Program-made: the position numbers and the translations under genes | Notes under the pieces: generated by a model | Databases searched by the model: none | Told to the model about the DNA's origin: nothing | The model's input: only the letters and a program-made list of their open reading frames with translations | Assembly: GCF_036825875.1 (NCBI RefSeq) | Contig: NZ_DAISXK010000011.1 | Coordinates: 3,537-67,536, forward strand | Direction of reading: 5' to 3' | DNA from: Paucihalobacter sp. | Lineage (GTDB): Bacteria > Bacteroidota > Bacteroidia > Flavobacteriales > Flavobacteriaceae | DNA: 64,000 bases | Shown: positions 40,754-48,094 of the stretch, piece by piece | Layout of the letters: every line of letters begins with the position of its first letter | How positions within the stretch are numbered: the first letter of the stretch is position 1

Positions 40754-41006
40754 TTACTTATATTAGATTTACGAAGTACGAAGTACGATGTACGATGTAT
40801 TAATTATTGATTTTGATTCTTTGAATTTTACTTATTTTGATTTTTTCTTGTTGTATTAATTGATGCAAAAATGCCAACAATCAATTGCAAATTGTTTTGT
40901 TCTTCTCAACATTTCATTTTTCATCTCAACTAAAATTTAATTACATATATCGTATATCTAATATTGTATATCGTATATCGTATATCTTATATCTTAAATC
41001 GTATAT
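40754..41006. repeat. 253-nt hisA-hisF spacer bracketed by inverted heptamer arrays
   Basis: Left array (40770-40799): tacgaag tacgaag tacgatg tacgatg ta. Right array (40946-41006): four copies of atcgta, the reverse complement of tacgat. There is also a 14-nt inverted repeat, tattagatttacga (40761-40774) versus tcgtatatctaata (40950-40963), with 1 mismatch. Confidence 0.8.
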
Positions 41007-41741
41007 TTAAAAATATCTAGCTAAATCTTTTAAGCTAATTCTATTTTCATAAATTGCTTTTCCGATGATAGCGCCTTCGCAACCAATCTCTTGTAATTTG
41101 TCTAAATCATCAACAGAGGTAATCCCACCCGAAGCAATCAATTTTATAGATTGAGCGCTGCTGCTATTTGAGCAAATTTGAATGATATTATTGTACAAAT
41201 CTATTGACGGACCTTCTAGCATTCCATCTTTTGAAATGTCAGTACAAATTACATACTTGATGTTTTTCTTCTGATAGTCCTTTATAAACTGAATGACTTC
41301 CAAATTAGATTGTTCTTTCCAACCGCTCACAGCAATTTTTTGGTCTTTACAATCGGCTCCCAAAATGATTTTTTGACTGCCGTATTTGTCGATCCAACTT
41401 TCAAACACCTCCAGACTTTTAACTGCGATGCTACCACCAGTAATTTGCTGTGCTCCAGAATTAAAGGCAATATGCAAGTCTTCGTTAGATTTGAGTCCGC
41501 CACCAAAATCAATTTTTAAATTGGTTTTTGAGGTGATGCTTTCTAAAACTCTAAAATTAACGATGTGCTGCGCTTTGGCACCGTCTAAATCTACCAGATG
41601 CAAGTACTCGATTCCTGCATCTTCAAAAGCCTTAGCGACCTCCAGCGGATTTTCGTTGTATATTTTTTTGGTATCATAGTCGCCTTTGGTAAGTCGCACA
41701 CATTTACCGTCTATGATGTCGATGGCTGGGATGATTCTCAT
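41007..41741 (-). CDS. hisA: 1-(5-phosphoribosyl)-5-[(5-phosphoribosylamino)methylideneamino]imidazole-4-carboxamide isomerase
   Basis: 244 aa with [29 protein letters not shown] and a C-terminal ASGGI...GAIIGKA motif. Confidence 0.95.
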   Translation of the reverse strand: MRIIPAIDIIDGKCVRLTKGDYDTKKIYNENPLEVAKAFEDAGIEYLHLVDLDGAKAQHIVNFRVLESITSKTNLKIDFGGGLKSNEDLHIAFNSGAQQITGGSIAVKSLEVFESWIDKYGSQKIILGADCKDQKIAVSGWKEQSNLEVIQFIKDYQKKNIKYVICTDISKDGMLEGPSIDLYNNIIQICSNSSSAQSIKLIASGGITSVDDLDKLQEIGCEGAIIGKAIYENRISLKDLARYF

Positions 41742-41747
41742 ATCTAT

Positions 41748-41765
41748 TTCCTGCGAACGCAGGAA
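41748..41765. repeat. palindromic hairpin element R2 (TTCCTGCG-AA-CGCAGGAA)
   Basis: Same family as R1, with an ATCT tail. Its foot is 6 nt upstream of the hisA ATG. Confidence 0.8.
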
Positions 41766-41821
41766 TCTTATTTTTAATTATTAATGATTTTAAAAATTCT
41801 AAACACAATTTTAGAATCAAA

Positions 41822-42403
41822 CTACAATTCAATAAAGTTCTTCAACAAACGCTCGCCCACTTTACCGCTTTTCTCTGGATGGAATTGTACTCCAAAAAAA
41901 TTGTCATTTTCCAAAGCTGAGGCATATTCTAATTCGTAATTGGTGGTGGCGATGGCTTCTGAACAATTTTCAGCATAATAACTGTGTACAAGATACATGT
42001 AATCATCTTCTTTAATGCCTTTAAATATTTCAGATTTTAAATTGTGAATGGTATTCCATCCCATCTGCGGAACCTTTACAACATTTGAAAATCGTTTCAC
42101 ATTCACATTCAAAATGCCCAAACCTTTTGTGTCACCTTCTTCGGAATGATTGCACATAAGTTGCATACCCAAACAAATCCCTAAAACGGGTTGTTTTAGC
42201 TGTGGAATTAAAGTATCTAATCCGCTTTGTTTTAATTTTGCCATGGCCGAACTAGCTTCGCCAACACCAGGAAATATTACCTTATCAGCACTTAAAATGT
42301 CGTCTGGATTATTTGATAACACCACATTATAACCCAAACGTTGAAAAGCAAATTGAATGCTTTTAATGTTACCGGCGCCGTAATTAAGAATTATAATTTT
42401 CAA
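41822..42403 (-). CDS. hisH: imidazole glycerol phosphate synthase, glutamine amidotransferase subunit
   Basis: 193 aa with a class-I GATase triad context: PGVG, GICLGMQL (nucleophile Cys) and QFHPEKS. Confidence 0.95.
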   Translation of the reverse strand: MKIIILNYGAGNIKSIQFAFQRLGYNVVLSNNPDDILSADKVIFPGVGEASSAMAKLKQSGLDTLIPQLKQPVLGICLGMQLMCNHSEEGDTKGLGILNVNVKRFSNVVKVPQMGWNTIHNLKSEIFKGIKEDDYMYLVHSYYAENCSEAIATTNYELEYASALENDNFFGVQFHPEKSGKVGERLLKNFIEL

Positions 42404-42461
42404 AATATGTTTCTTTTATTGGATGCTATTTTGGACAATGAAAAATAATATTTCAAAATTC

Positions 42462-42512
42462 CAAAATTCAAATTCCAGAGACCAACTTAAGGTCTTTTGG
42501 AATTTGGGATTT
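42462..42512. repeat. long imperfect hairpin in the hisB-hisH spacer
   Basis: caaattccagagacc (42469-42483) pairs with ggtcttttggaatttg (42491-42506) with one bulge, flanked by A/T runs. The motif aaattcca is repeated just upstream. Confidence 0.55.
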
Positions 42513-42524
42513 TTTATTTGTTAT

Positions 42525-43655
42525 TTATAAAACCCCTTTCGTACTAGGTAATATCATTTTCTCAACGTCACGTTTTACAGCTACTTTAATGGCTTTAGCG
42601 AAAGCTTTAAAAATAGCTTCTATTTTATGATGTTCGTTGGTGCCTTCTGCTTTGATGTTAAGATTGCATTTGGCACCATCGGTAAAGGATTTAAAAAAAT
42701 GATAAAACATCTCTGTTGGCATTTGGCCAATCATTTCACGTTTAAATTCTGCTTCCCAAACCAACCAGTTTCTGCCTCCAAAATCGATGGCGATTTGCGC
42801 CAAACAATCGTCCATTGGCAAACAAAAACCGTAGCGTTCAATGCCTAATTTATTGCCTAATGTTTTTGCAAATACTTCACCTAAGGCAATGGCAGTATCT
42901 TCAATAGTGTGGTGCTCATCTACCTCTAAATCACCATCAACTTTGATAATTAAATCCATTTGGCCATGTCGTGCAATTTGGTCTAACATGTGGTCGAAAA
43001 AAGCGATTCCTGTATCGATATTACTTTTTCCGGTGCCATCTAAATTTAAATCAATTTTTATCTTGGTTTCATTGGTGTTGCGCTCAATACTTCCAAGTCG
43101 CTGACTAACTTTTAAAAAATTGTAGATATCTTCCCATGAAGAGGTTTGCAAGGCTATGACTTCTTTAAACTTAGTAATAGAATCCTCATTTGGCTTTTCT
43201 TGACCTTCAACATTGATTAAAATGCCTTTTGCGCCAAGGTTTTTGGCTAGCTCTATATCAGTGAGTCGGTCTCCAATTACGAAAGAATTTTCTAAATCAT
43301 AACCATCTTTTAAATAATGAGTCAACAAGCCAATTCTAGGTTTTCTGGTTGGTGCATTTTCATGCTCAAAAGTTCGGTCGATAATTTGCTCCTCAAATTC
43401 AACGCCTTCGTTTTTGAAAGATTGAATTAAAAAATTATGAACTGGCCAAAATGTATCTTCTGGAAAAGCATCAGTACCCAATCCATCTTGATTGGTAACC
43501 ATAACTATTTTGAAATTTAATTCTTTGGCTATTTTTCCTAAATACTGAAAAACACCTGGGAAAAATTCAAGTTTATTAAAACTATCCAACTGAAAATCAA
43601 TTGGTGGTTCTATGGCCAATGTGCCGTCTCTATCTATAAATAATACTTGTTTCAT
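42525..43655 (-). CDS. hisB: bifunctional histidinol-phosphatase / imidazoleglycerol-phosphate dehydratase
   Basis: 376 aa. The N-terminal HAD phosphatase has FIDRDGT (DxDxT) and GDRLTD. The C-terminal IGPD domain has [27 protein letters not shown] and [14 protein letters not shown]. Confidence 0.95.
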   Translation of the reverse strand: MKQVLFIDRDGTLAIEPPIDFQLDSFNKLEFFPGVFQYLGKIAKELNFKIVMVTNQDGLGTDAFPEDTFWPVHNFLIQSFKNEGVEFEEQIIDRTFEHENAPTRKPRIGLLTHYLKDGYDLENSFVIGDRLTDIELAKNLGAKGILINVEGQEKPNEDSITKFKEVIALQTSSWEDIYNFLKVSQRLGSIERNTNETKIKIDLNLDGTGKSNIDTGIAFFDHMLDQIARHGQMDLIIKVDGDLEVDEHHTIEDTAIALGEVFAKTLGNKLGIERYGFCLPMDDCLAQIAIDFGGRNWLVWEAEFKREMIGQMPTEMFYHFFKSFTDGAKCNLNIKAEGTNEHHKIEAIFKAFAKAIKVAVKRDVEKMILPSTKGVL

Positions 43656-43662
43656 ATCATTT

Positions 43663-43680
43663 TTCCCACGAAAGTGGGAA
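43663..43680. repeat. palindromic hairpin element R3 (TTCCCAC-GAAA-GTGGGAA), compensatory variant of R1/R4
   Basis: Relative to TCCTGC/GCAGGA, the stem reads TCCCAC/GTGGGA: two base pairs are exchanged with pairing preserved. It has the same GAAA loop and ATCT tail. Its foot is 7 nt upstream of the hisB ATG. Confidence 0.8.
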
Positions 43681-43694
43681 TCTCTTATTTAAAC

Positions 43695-43710
43695 TCCTGC
43701 GAAAGCAGGA
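43695..43710. repeat. palindromic hairpin element R4 (TCCTGC-GAAA-GCAGGA)
   Basis: Second copy in the hisC-hisB spacer, 14 nt from R3, with an ATCT tail. Confidence 0.8.
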
Positions 43711-43755
43711 ATCTCATTATTTAAACTTTCAAATTTTAATCTTATATGACGATAA

Positions 43756-44799
43756 TTATAAACCCTTTAATACCTCAATCAATTCATCATTTTCTTCCCC
43801 AGTACCAACCGTAATTCGCAAACAATTTTCGCATAATGGTTGCGTGGTTCTGTTTCTAACTACAATACCCTGCTTAATCAATTGGTCGTATCTTAAATTG
43901 GCATCATCAACTTTTACCAAAATAAAATTGGCGTCAGACTCATAAATGGTGCTTACAAAGTTAATATTTTGTAATTCGGATTTAAGTTTTTTGCGTTCGG
44001 TTAAAATTTGAGATACTTCATTTTTCACCACTTTCAAATCATTTACCCTTTTTAAAGCCTCACTTTGTGTAAGTTGATTAATATTATATGGTGGTTTAAT
44101 TTTGTTAAGAATTGTTATTATTTCTTCGGAAGCATAACAAATACCCAGTCTAATTCCCGCCAAACCATAAGCCTTAGACAGCGTTTGAGAGATAATTAAA
44201 TTTGGAAATTCGTTCAACCTACTCAACCAACTGTCATCTTTTGAAAAATCGATATAGGCTTCGTCAATGACGACGATTCCGTTAAACTCATTGAGGAGAT
44301 TTTCAATCAAATTGGCATTAATACTGTTGGCTGTTGGGTTATTCGGTGAGCATAAAAACAATAATTTTGTTTGACTATTGACTGTTTTCAAAATAGCGTC
44401 TACTTGAGGCTGAAAGTTGGTATCTAATTCAATCTCCATATTTTTCACGGCGTTTAAACCAGCCAAAACCGAATACATGCCATATGTTGGCGGCAAGGTG
44501 ATGATGTTATCTTGATTGGGCTCGCAAAAAGCTCTGAAAATTAAGTCTAAGACTTCATCACTTCCGTTGCCTAACAAAATTTGATTTACAGGAATATTTT
44601 TGATTTCTGATAACCGTTGCTTTAACTCACGTTGTTGCGGATCTGGATACCGATTGAGTCCGTTGTTAAAAGGATTTTCATTGGCATCAACAAATACCAT
44701 ATCGTCTGGAATTCCTTGAAATTCATCTCTTGCTGATGAATAGGGTTTGATGGACATGATGACTGGTCTAACTAAGCTATTTAAATTGAATGTTTTCAT
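43756..44799 (-). CDS. hisC: histidinol-phosphate aminotransferase
   Basis: 347 aa class-II aminotransferase with NENP, YPD, IDEAY and SQTLSKAYGLAGIRLG (PLP lysine). Confidence 0.93.
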   Translation of the reverse strand: MKTFNLNSLVRPVIMSIKPYSSARDEFQGIPDDMVFVDANENPFNNGLNRYPDPQQRELKQRLSEIKNIPVNQILLGNGSDEVLDLIFRAFCEPNQDNIITLPPTYGMYSVLAGLNAVKNMEIELDTNFQPQVDAILKTVNSQTKLLFLCSPNNPTANSINANLIENLLNEFNGIVVIDEAYIDFSKDDSWLSRLNEFPNLIISQTLSKAYGLAGIRLGICYASEEIITILNKIKPPYNINQLTQSEALKRVNDLKVVKNEVSQILTERKKLKSELQNINFVSTIYESDANFILVKVDDANLRYDQLIKQGIVVRNRTTQPLCENCLRITVGTGEENDELIEVLKGL

Positions 44800-44805
44800 T
44801 TGAAA

Positions 44806-44831
44806 GATTTCTCGACTGCGCTCGAAATGAC
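44806..44831. repeat. short element S2 (gatttctcgactgcgctcgaaatgac)
   Basis: On the minus strand it reads GTCATTTCGAGCGCAGTCGAGAAATC and begins 3 nt after the hisD stop. It fills almost the whole 34-nt hisD-hisC spacer and contains an internal TCGA...TCGA palindrome. Confidence 0.55.
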
Positions 44832-44833
44832 AT

Positions 44834-46120
44834 TTAATTCGTTAAATCATTTAATCGTAAAGTAACCGCATTTTTATGGGCTTGCAAACCTTCTGCTCCG
44901 GCCATCAATTCAATAGCTAGACCGATGTTTTTAATACCTTCCTCGCTTATCTTTTGGAAGGTGATACTTTTATTGAAACTATCCAGATTCACACCAGAAT
45001 AGGCTCTGCTAAACCCATTGGTTGGCAAAGTATGATTAGTGCCAGATGCATAATCGCCAGCACTTTCTGGCGTGTAATTACCGATAAACACAGAACCGGC
45101 ATTGATGGTGCCGTTTACATAAAAATCTTCGTTCTCACAACAGATAATAAAATGTTCTGGTGCGTATGCGTTGATAAGCTGTAAGGCTGTTGCATCATCT
45201 TCAACATAAATTAAACGCGAATTGTCGATGGCTTTTTCTGCGATGGCTTTTCTTGGCAAGACTGAAATTTGTTTGTTGATTTCAACTTCTACAGCCTCAA
45301 TTAAAGTTTTAGAAGTGGAAACTAAAATCACCTGACTATCAACACCGTGCTCGGCTTGACTCAACAAATCGGATGCAACATAAACCGCATTGGCAGAATC
45401 ATCAGCAACCACTAACAATTCACTTGGTCCGGCAGGCATATCGATGGCGACGCCAAATTTGGTGGCCAATTGCTTAGCAACCGTTACAAACTGATTTCCA
45501 GGTCCAAATATTTTATATACCTGAGGAATGGTTTCAGTTCCAAATGTTAATCCTGCAATGGCTTGAATACCGCCAACTTTAATAACATTAGTTACACCAC
45601 AAATCTGTGCTGTATACAATATTTCATCGGCTAATTGACCTTGCTTATTTGGTGGTGAACACAACACAATATCTTCGCATCCGGCAATTTGAGCAGGAAT
45701 TGCCAACATTAATACAGAGGAAAATAAAGGTGCTGTTCCGCCGGGAATATACAAACCCACTTTTTGAATAGGTCTTTTTTCTTGCCAGCATTGAACACCT
45801 TTTACCGTTTCAACTTCTACTCTATCTGTTTTTTGAGCTTGGTGAAAAGCTTCAATGTTATTTTTAGCTACTTGAATGGCTCGCTTTAAATTTTCAGGTA
45901 CTCGGGAAGCTGCTGACTCAATTTCCGATTTACTTACTGCCAGATTTTTTAACTCAACTCCATCAAACATTGAAGTATATTTACTGATGGCTTTATCGCC
46001 TTGACGCTGTACATCCTTAAAAATTTGATTGACTGTCTTTTCAATATTTTCTACTGTTTGCGTTGGTCGTTGTAATAACTGATTCCAGCTTTCTCTCTCT
46101 GGATTTATAATTTTCTTCAT
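44834..46120 (-). CDS. hisD: histidinol dehydrogenase
   Basis: 428 aa with GPGNQFV, DMPAGPSE, SQAEHG, APEH and the GDYASGTNHTLPT motif. Confidence 0.95.
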   Translation of the reverse strand: MKKIINPERESWNQLLQRPTQTVENIEKTVNQIFKDVQRQGDKAISKYTSMFDGVELKNLAVSKSEIESAASRVPENLKRAIQVAKNNIEAFHQAQKTDRVEVETVKGVQCWQEKRPIQKVGLYIPGGTAPLFSSVLMLAIPAQIAGCEDIVLCSPPNKQGQLADEILYTAQICGVTNVIKVGGIQAIAGLTFGTETIPQVYKIFGPGNQFVTVAKQLATKFGVAIDMPAGPSELLVVADDSANAVYVASDLLSQAEHGVDSQVILVSTSKTLIEAVEVEINKQISVLPRKAIAEKAIDNSRLIYVEDDATALQLINAYAPEHFIICCENEDFYVNGTINAGSVFIGNYTPESAGDYASGTNHTLPTNGFSRAYSGVNLDSFNKSITFQKISEEGIKNIGLAIELMAGAEGLQAHKNAVTLRLNDLTN

Positions 46121-46129
46121 AGCTTACTT

Positions 46130-46987
46130 TTAAAATACCATATTTTCAATTGGACAAACTAAAATACTTTCGGCTCCGTTTGCTTTCAATTCATCAATGA
46201 TTTCCCAAAACTCATTTTTATTTATTACGGAATGTAATGAGCTCCAGCCAGTCTCGGCTAATGGCAAAACAGTTGGGCTTTTCATGCCAGGTAAAATATT
46301 GATGATTTTTTCAAGTTTGTCGTTAGGGGCATTTAGTAAAATATAACGCGATTGTCTGGCTTTTAAAACCGATTGTAATCTAAATTGAAGTTTATCTAAA
46401 ATGGCTTGTTGTTCATCCCCAATTTTAGGAGAAGCTGCTAAAACAGCTTGAGATTTCAATAGGACCTCAACCTCTTTTAAGTTGTTTTTGAACAATGTAC
46501 TGCCACTAGAAACGATATCTACAATAGCATCTGCAAGTCCGATGTTTGGTGCGATTTCTACTGAACCATTTATAATGTGGAGCTGAGCCGATATATTGTT
46601 TTCTTTTAAAAAATGATTAACTGTGTTGGGATACGATGTAGCAATTCGCTTGTTGTTCAAGTCTTGTATACCATTATACCTTACTGACTTTGGAATTGCC
46701 ACAGACACACGGCAAGTTGAAAAACCTAGTTCCTCAACTGTTTTTATACTATTGCCTTTTTCAACCAAAACATTTTCCCCGATAATGGCAGCATCTACAA
46801 CCCCATCTAATAGATACTGCGGTATATCCCCATTTCGAAGATAAAAAACCTCTAAAGGAAAGTTACGTGTCGAAGCTTTGAGTTGGTCTTTTCCGTTGTC
46901 TATTGAAATGCCTATATCTTTTAGGATTTGCATAGAATCGTCATGTAATCTACCCGATTTTTGGACTGCAATTTTTAATTTACTCAT
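46130..46987 (-). CDS. hisG: ATP phosphoribosyltransferase (long form)
   Basis: 285 aa with KIAVQKSGRL, DIPQYLLDGVVDAAIIG, DIVSSGSTL and a C-terminal regulatory domain. Confidence 0.93.
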   Translation of the reverse strand: MSKLKIAVQKSGRLHDDSMQILKDIGISIDNGKDQLKASTRNFPLEVFYLRNGDIPQYLLDGVVDAAIIGENVLVEKGNSIKTVEELGFSTCRVSVAIPKSVRYNGIQDLNNKRIATSYPNTVNHFLKENNISAQLHIINGSVEIAPNIGLADAIVDIVSSGSTLFKNNLKEVEVLLKSQAVLAASPKIGDEQQAILDKLQFRLQSVLKARQSRYILLNAPNDKLEKIINILPGMKSPTVLPLAETGWSSLHSVINKNEFWEIIDELKANGAESILVCPIENMVF

Positions 46988-47076
46988 TTTTAATAGCCGT
47001 TGATACGGTTGATTTTAAAATTAAACTTCAAATTTTGTTTGAGTTAGGATTTCAAGGTTCTTCTTCCGCACAAATG

Positions 47077-47110
47077 AAAAAACCCCGAAAGATTGACTCA
47101 AACGGGGTTT
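47077..47110 (-). terminator. his operon attenuator terminator
   Basis: On the minus strand, AAACCCCG (47110-47103) pairs with CGGGGTTT (47087-47080) around a 15-nt loop, running into a 6-T tract. It lies between the leader ORF stop (47136) and the hisG ATG (46987). Confidence 0.75.
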
Positions 47111-47135
47111 CTTTATAATATATCTCAATACATCA

Positions 47136-47192
47136 CTACCTCGCCTGAATGCCAGTATGAAAATGGTGATGATGTAATTGAGTATTTTTCAT
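47136..47192 (-). CDS. hisL: histidine operon leader peptide (18 aa, MKNTQLHHHHFHTGIQAR)
   Basis: ATG AAA AAT ACT CAA TTA CAT CAT CAC CAT TTT CAT ACT GGC ATT CAG GCG AGG TAG. Five His codons fall within six consecutive positions. It is located 149 nt upstream of hisG and followed by a terminator. Too short to appear in the ORF track. Confidence 0.7.
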   Translation of the reverse strand: MKNTQLHHHHFHTGIQAR

Positions 47193-47269
47193 GTTTTCAA
47201 AATTGTGAACAAAGATTCAGAAAAACTAAAGCTAAATCCAAATTTTAGATCGTTAAATTTATACTAAGA

Positions 47270-48085
47270 CTATTGATTTCCTAAAATTATCGGCATTCCG
47301 TCTTTACCAGAACCAATTACAACTACCTTCGCGTTAGGAGATTTAGCCAATTCTAAAGTTGCTTGAATTCCCTTTTCTTGTAATATTTTATCGGTAAGTG
47401 AGGCACTTAAAATCTGGTTAGCACGTGCTTTACCTTCGGCGTCAATTCTTTGTCTTTCGGCTTCTTGTTCTGCTTTTTGTAATCTAAACTCATATTCTAA
47501 AGCTTCTTGCTCTTGGCTTAATTTACGTTCAATTGCTTCTTTAATTGTTGGTGGCAAAGTAACATCTCTTACAAGCACTTCATTAAGTTGAATAAATTGA
47601 CCTTCTAATAGTTTATTAGTTTCAGTATAAATTTCTGTTTGTATTGCGTCACGTTTACTTGAGTATAATTGTTCTGGTGTATATCTACCAACAACACTTC
47701 TTGAAGCAGAGCGAATGGCAGGTATTAAAACACGCTGTACGTAGGCTTCGCCTTTGTCTTGATGTAATTTTCCTAAATTTTCAAATTGTGGTTGAAACCA
47801 AATGGAAGTATCAATTTTAATGTCCAAACCATTTGAAGATAACGCTCTAATAGGCTCAGATAATTCTTGCTGTCTTACTTCATAAATAAAAACTTTATTC
47901 CAAGGCGCAACGATATGAAATCCTTCGCCCATTGGTGCTTCCTCAGTAACCACACCATCACTAAAAGTTTTAAATAAAACACCTGCCTGACCCGAACCGA
48001 TGTTAACAGCCGATTTTGCAAGGACAATAATTAGGACAATGATTGCAATAATGCCCGGTAATGCTATTTTAGGTAATCTTTCCAT
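47270..48085 (-). CDS. SPFH/band-7 (prohibitin-like) membrane protein
   Basis: 271 aa with an N-terminal TM anchor, an SPFH core and an EQEAERQRIDAEGKA coiled-coil segment. Confidence 0.85.
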   Translation of the reverse strand: MERLPKIALPGIIAIIVLIIVLAKSAVNIGSGQAGVLFKTFSDGVVTEEAPMGEGFHIVAPWNKVFIYEVRQQELSEPIRALSSNGLDIKIDTSIWFQPQFENLGKLHQDKGEAYVQRVLIPAIRSASRSVVGRYTPEQLYSSKRDAIQTEIYTETNKLLEGQFIQLNEVLVRDVTLPPTIKEAIERKLSQEQEALEYEFRLQKAEQEAERQRIDAEGKARANQILSASLTDKILQEKGIQATLELAKSPNAKVVVIGSGKDGMPIILGNQ

Positions 48086-48094
48086 AATTGTTAT

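Noticed and set aside
40416-40766. Plus-strand ORFs inside the his genes (40416..40766, 41310..41519, 41386..41679, 42150..42332, 42627..43104, 44954..45184, 46623..46844)
   Set aside because: All are antisense shadows of strongly supported his genes. None has conserved motifs.
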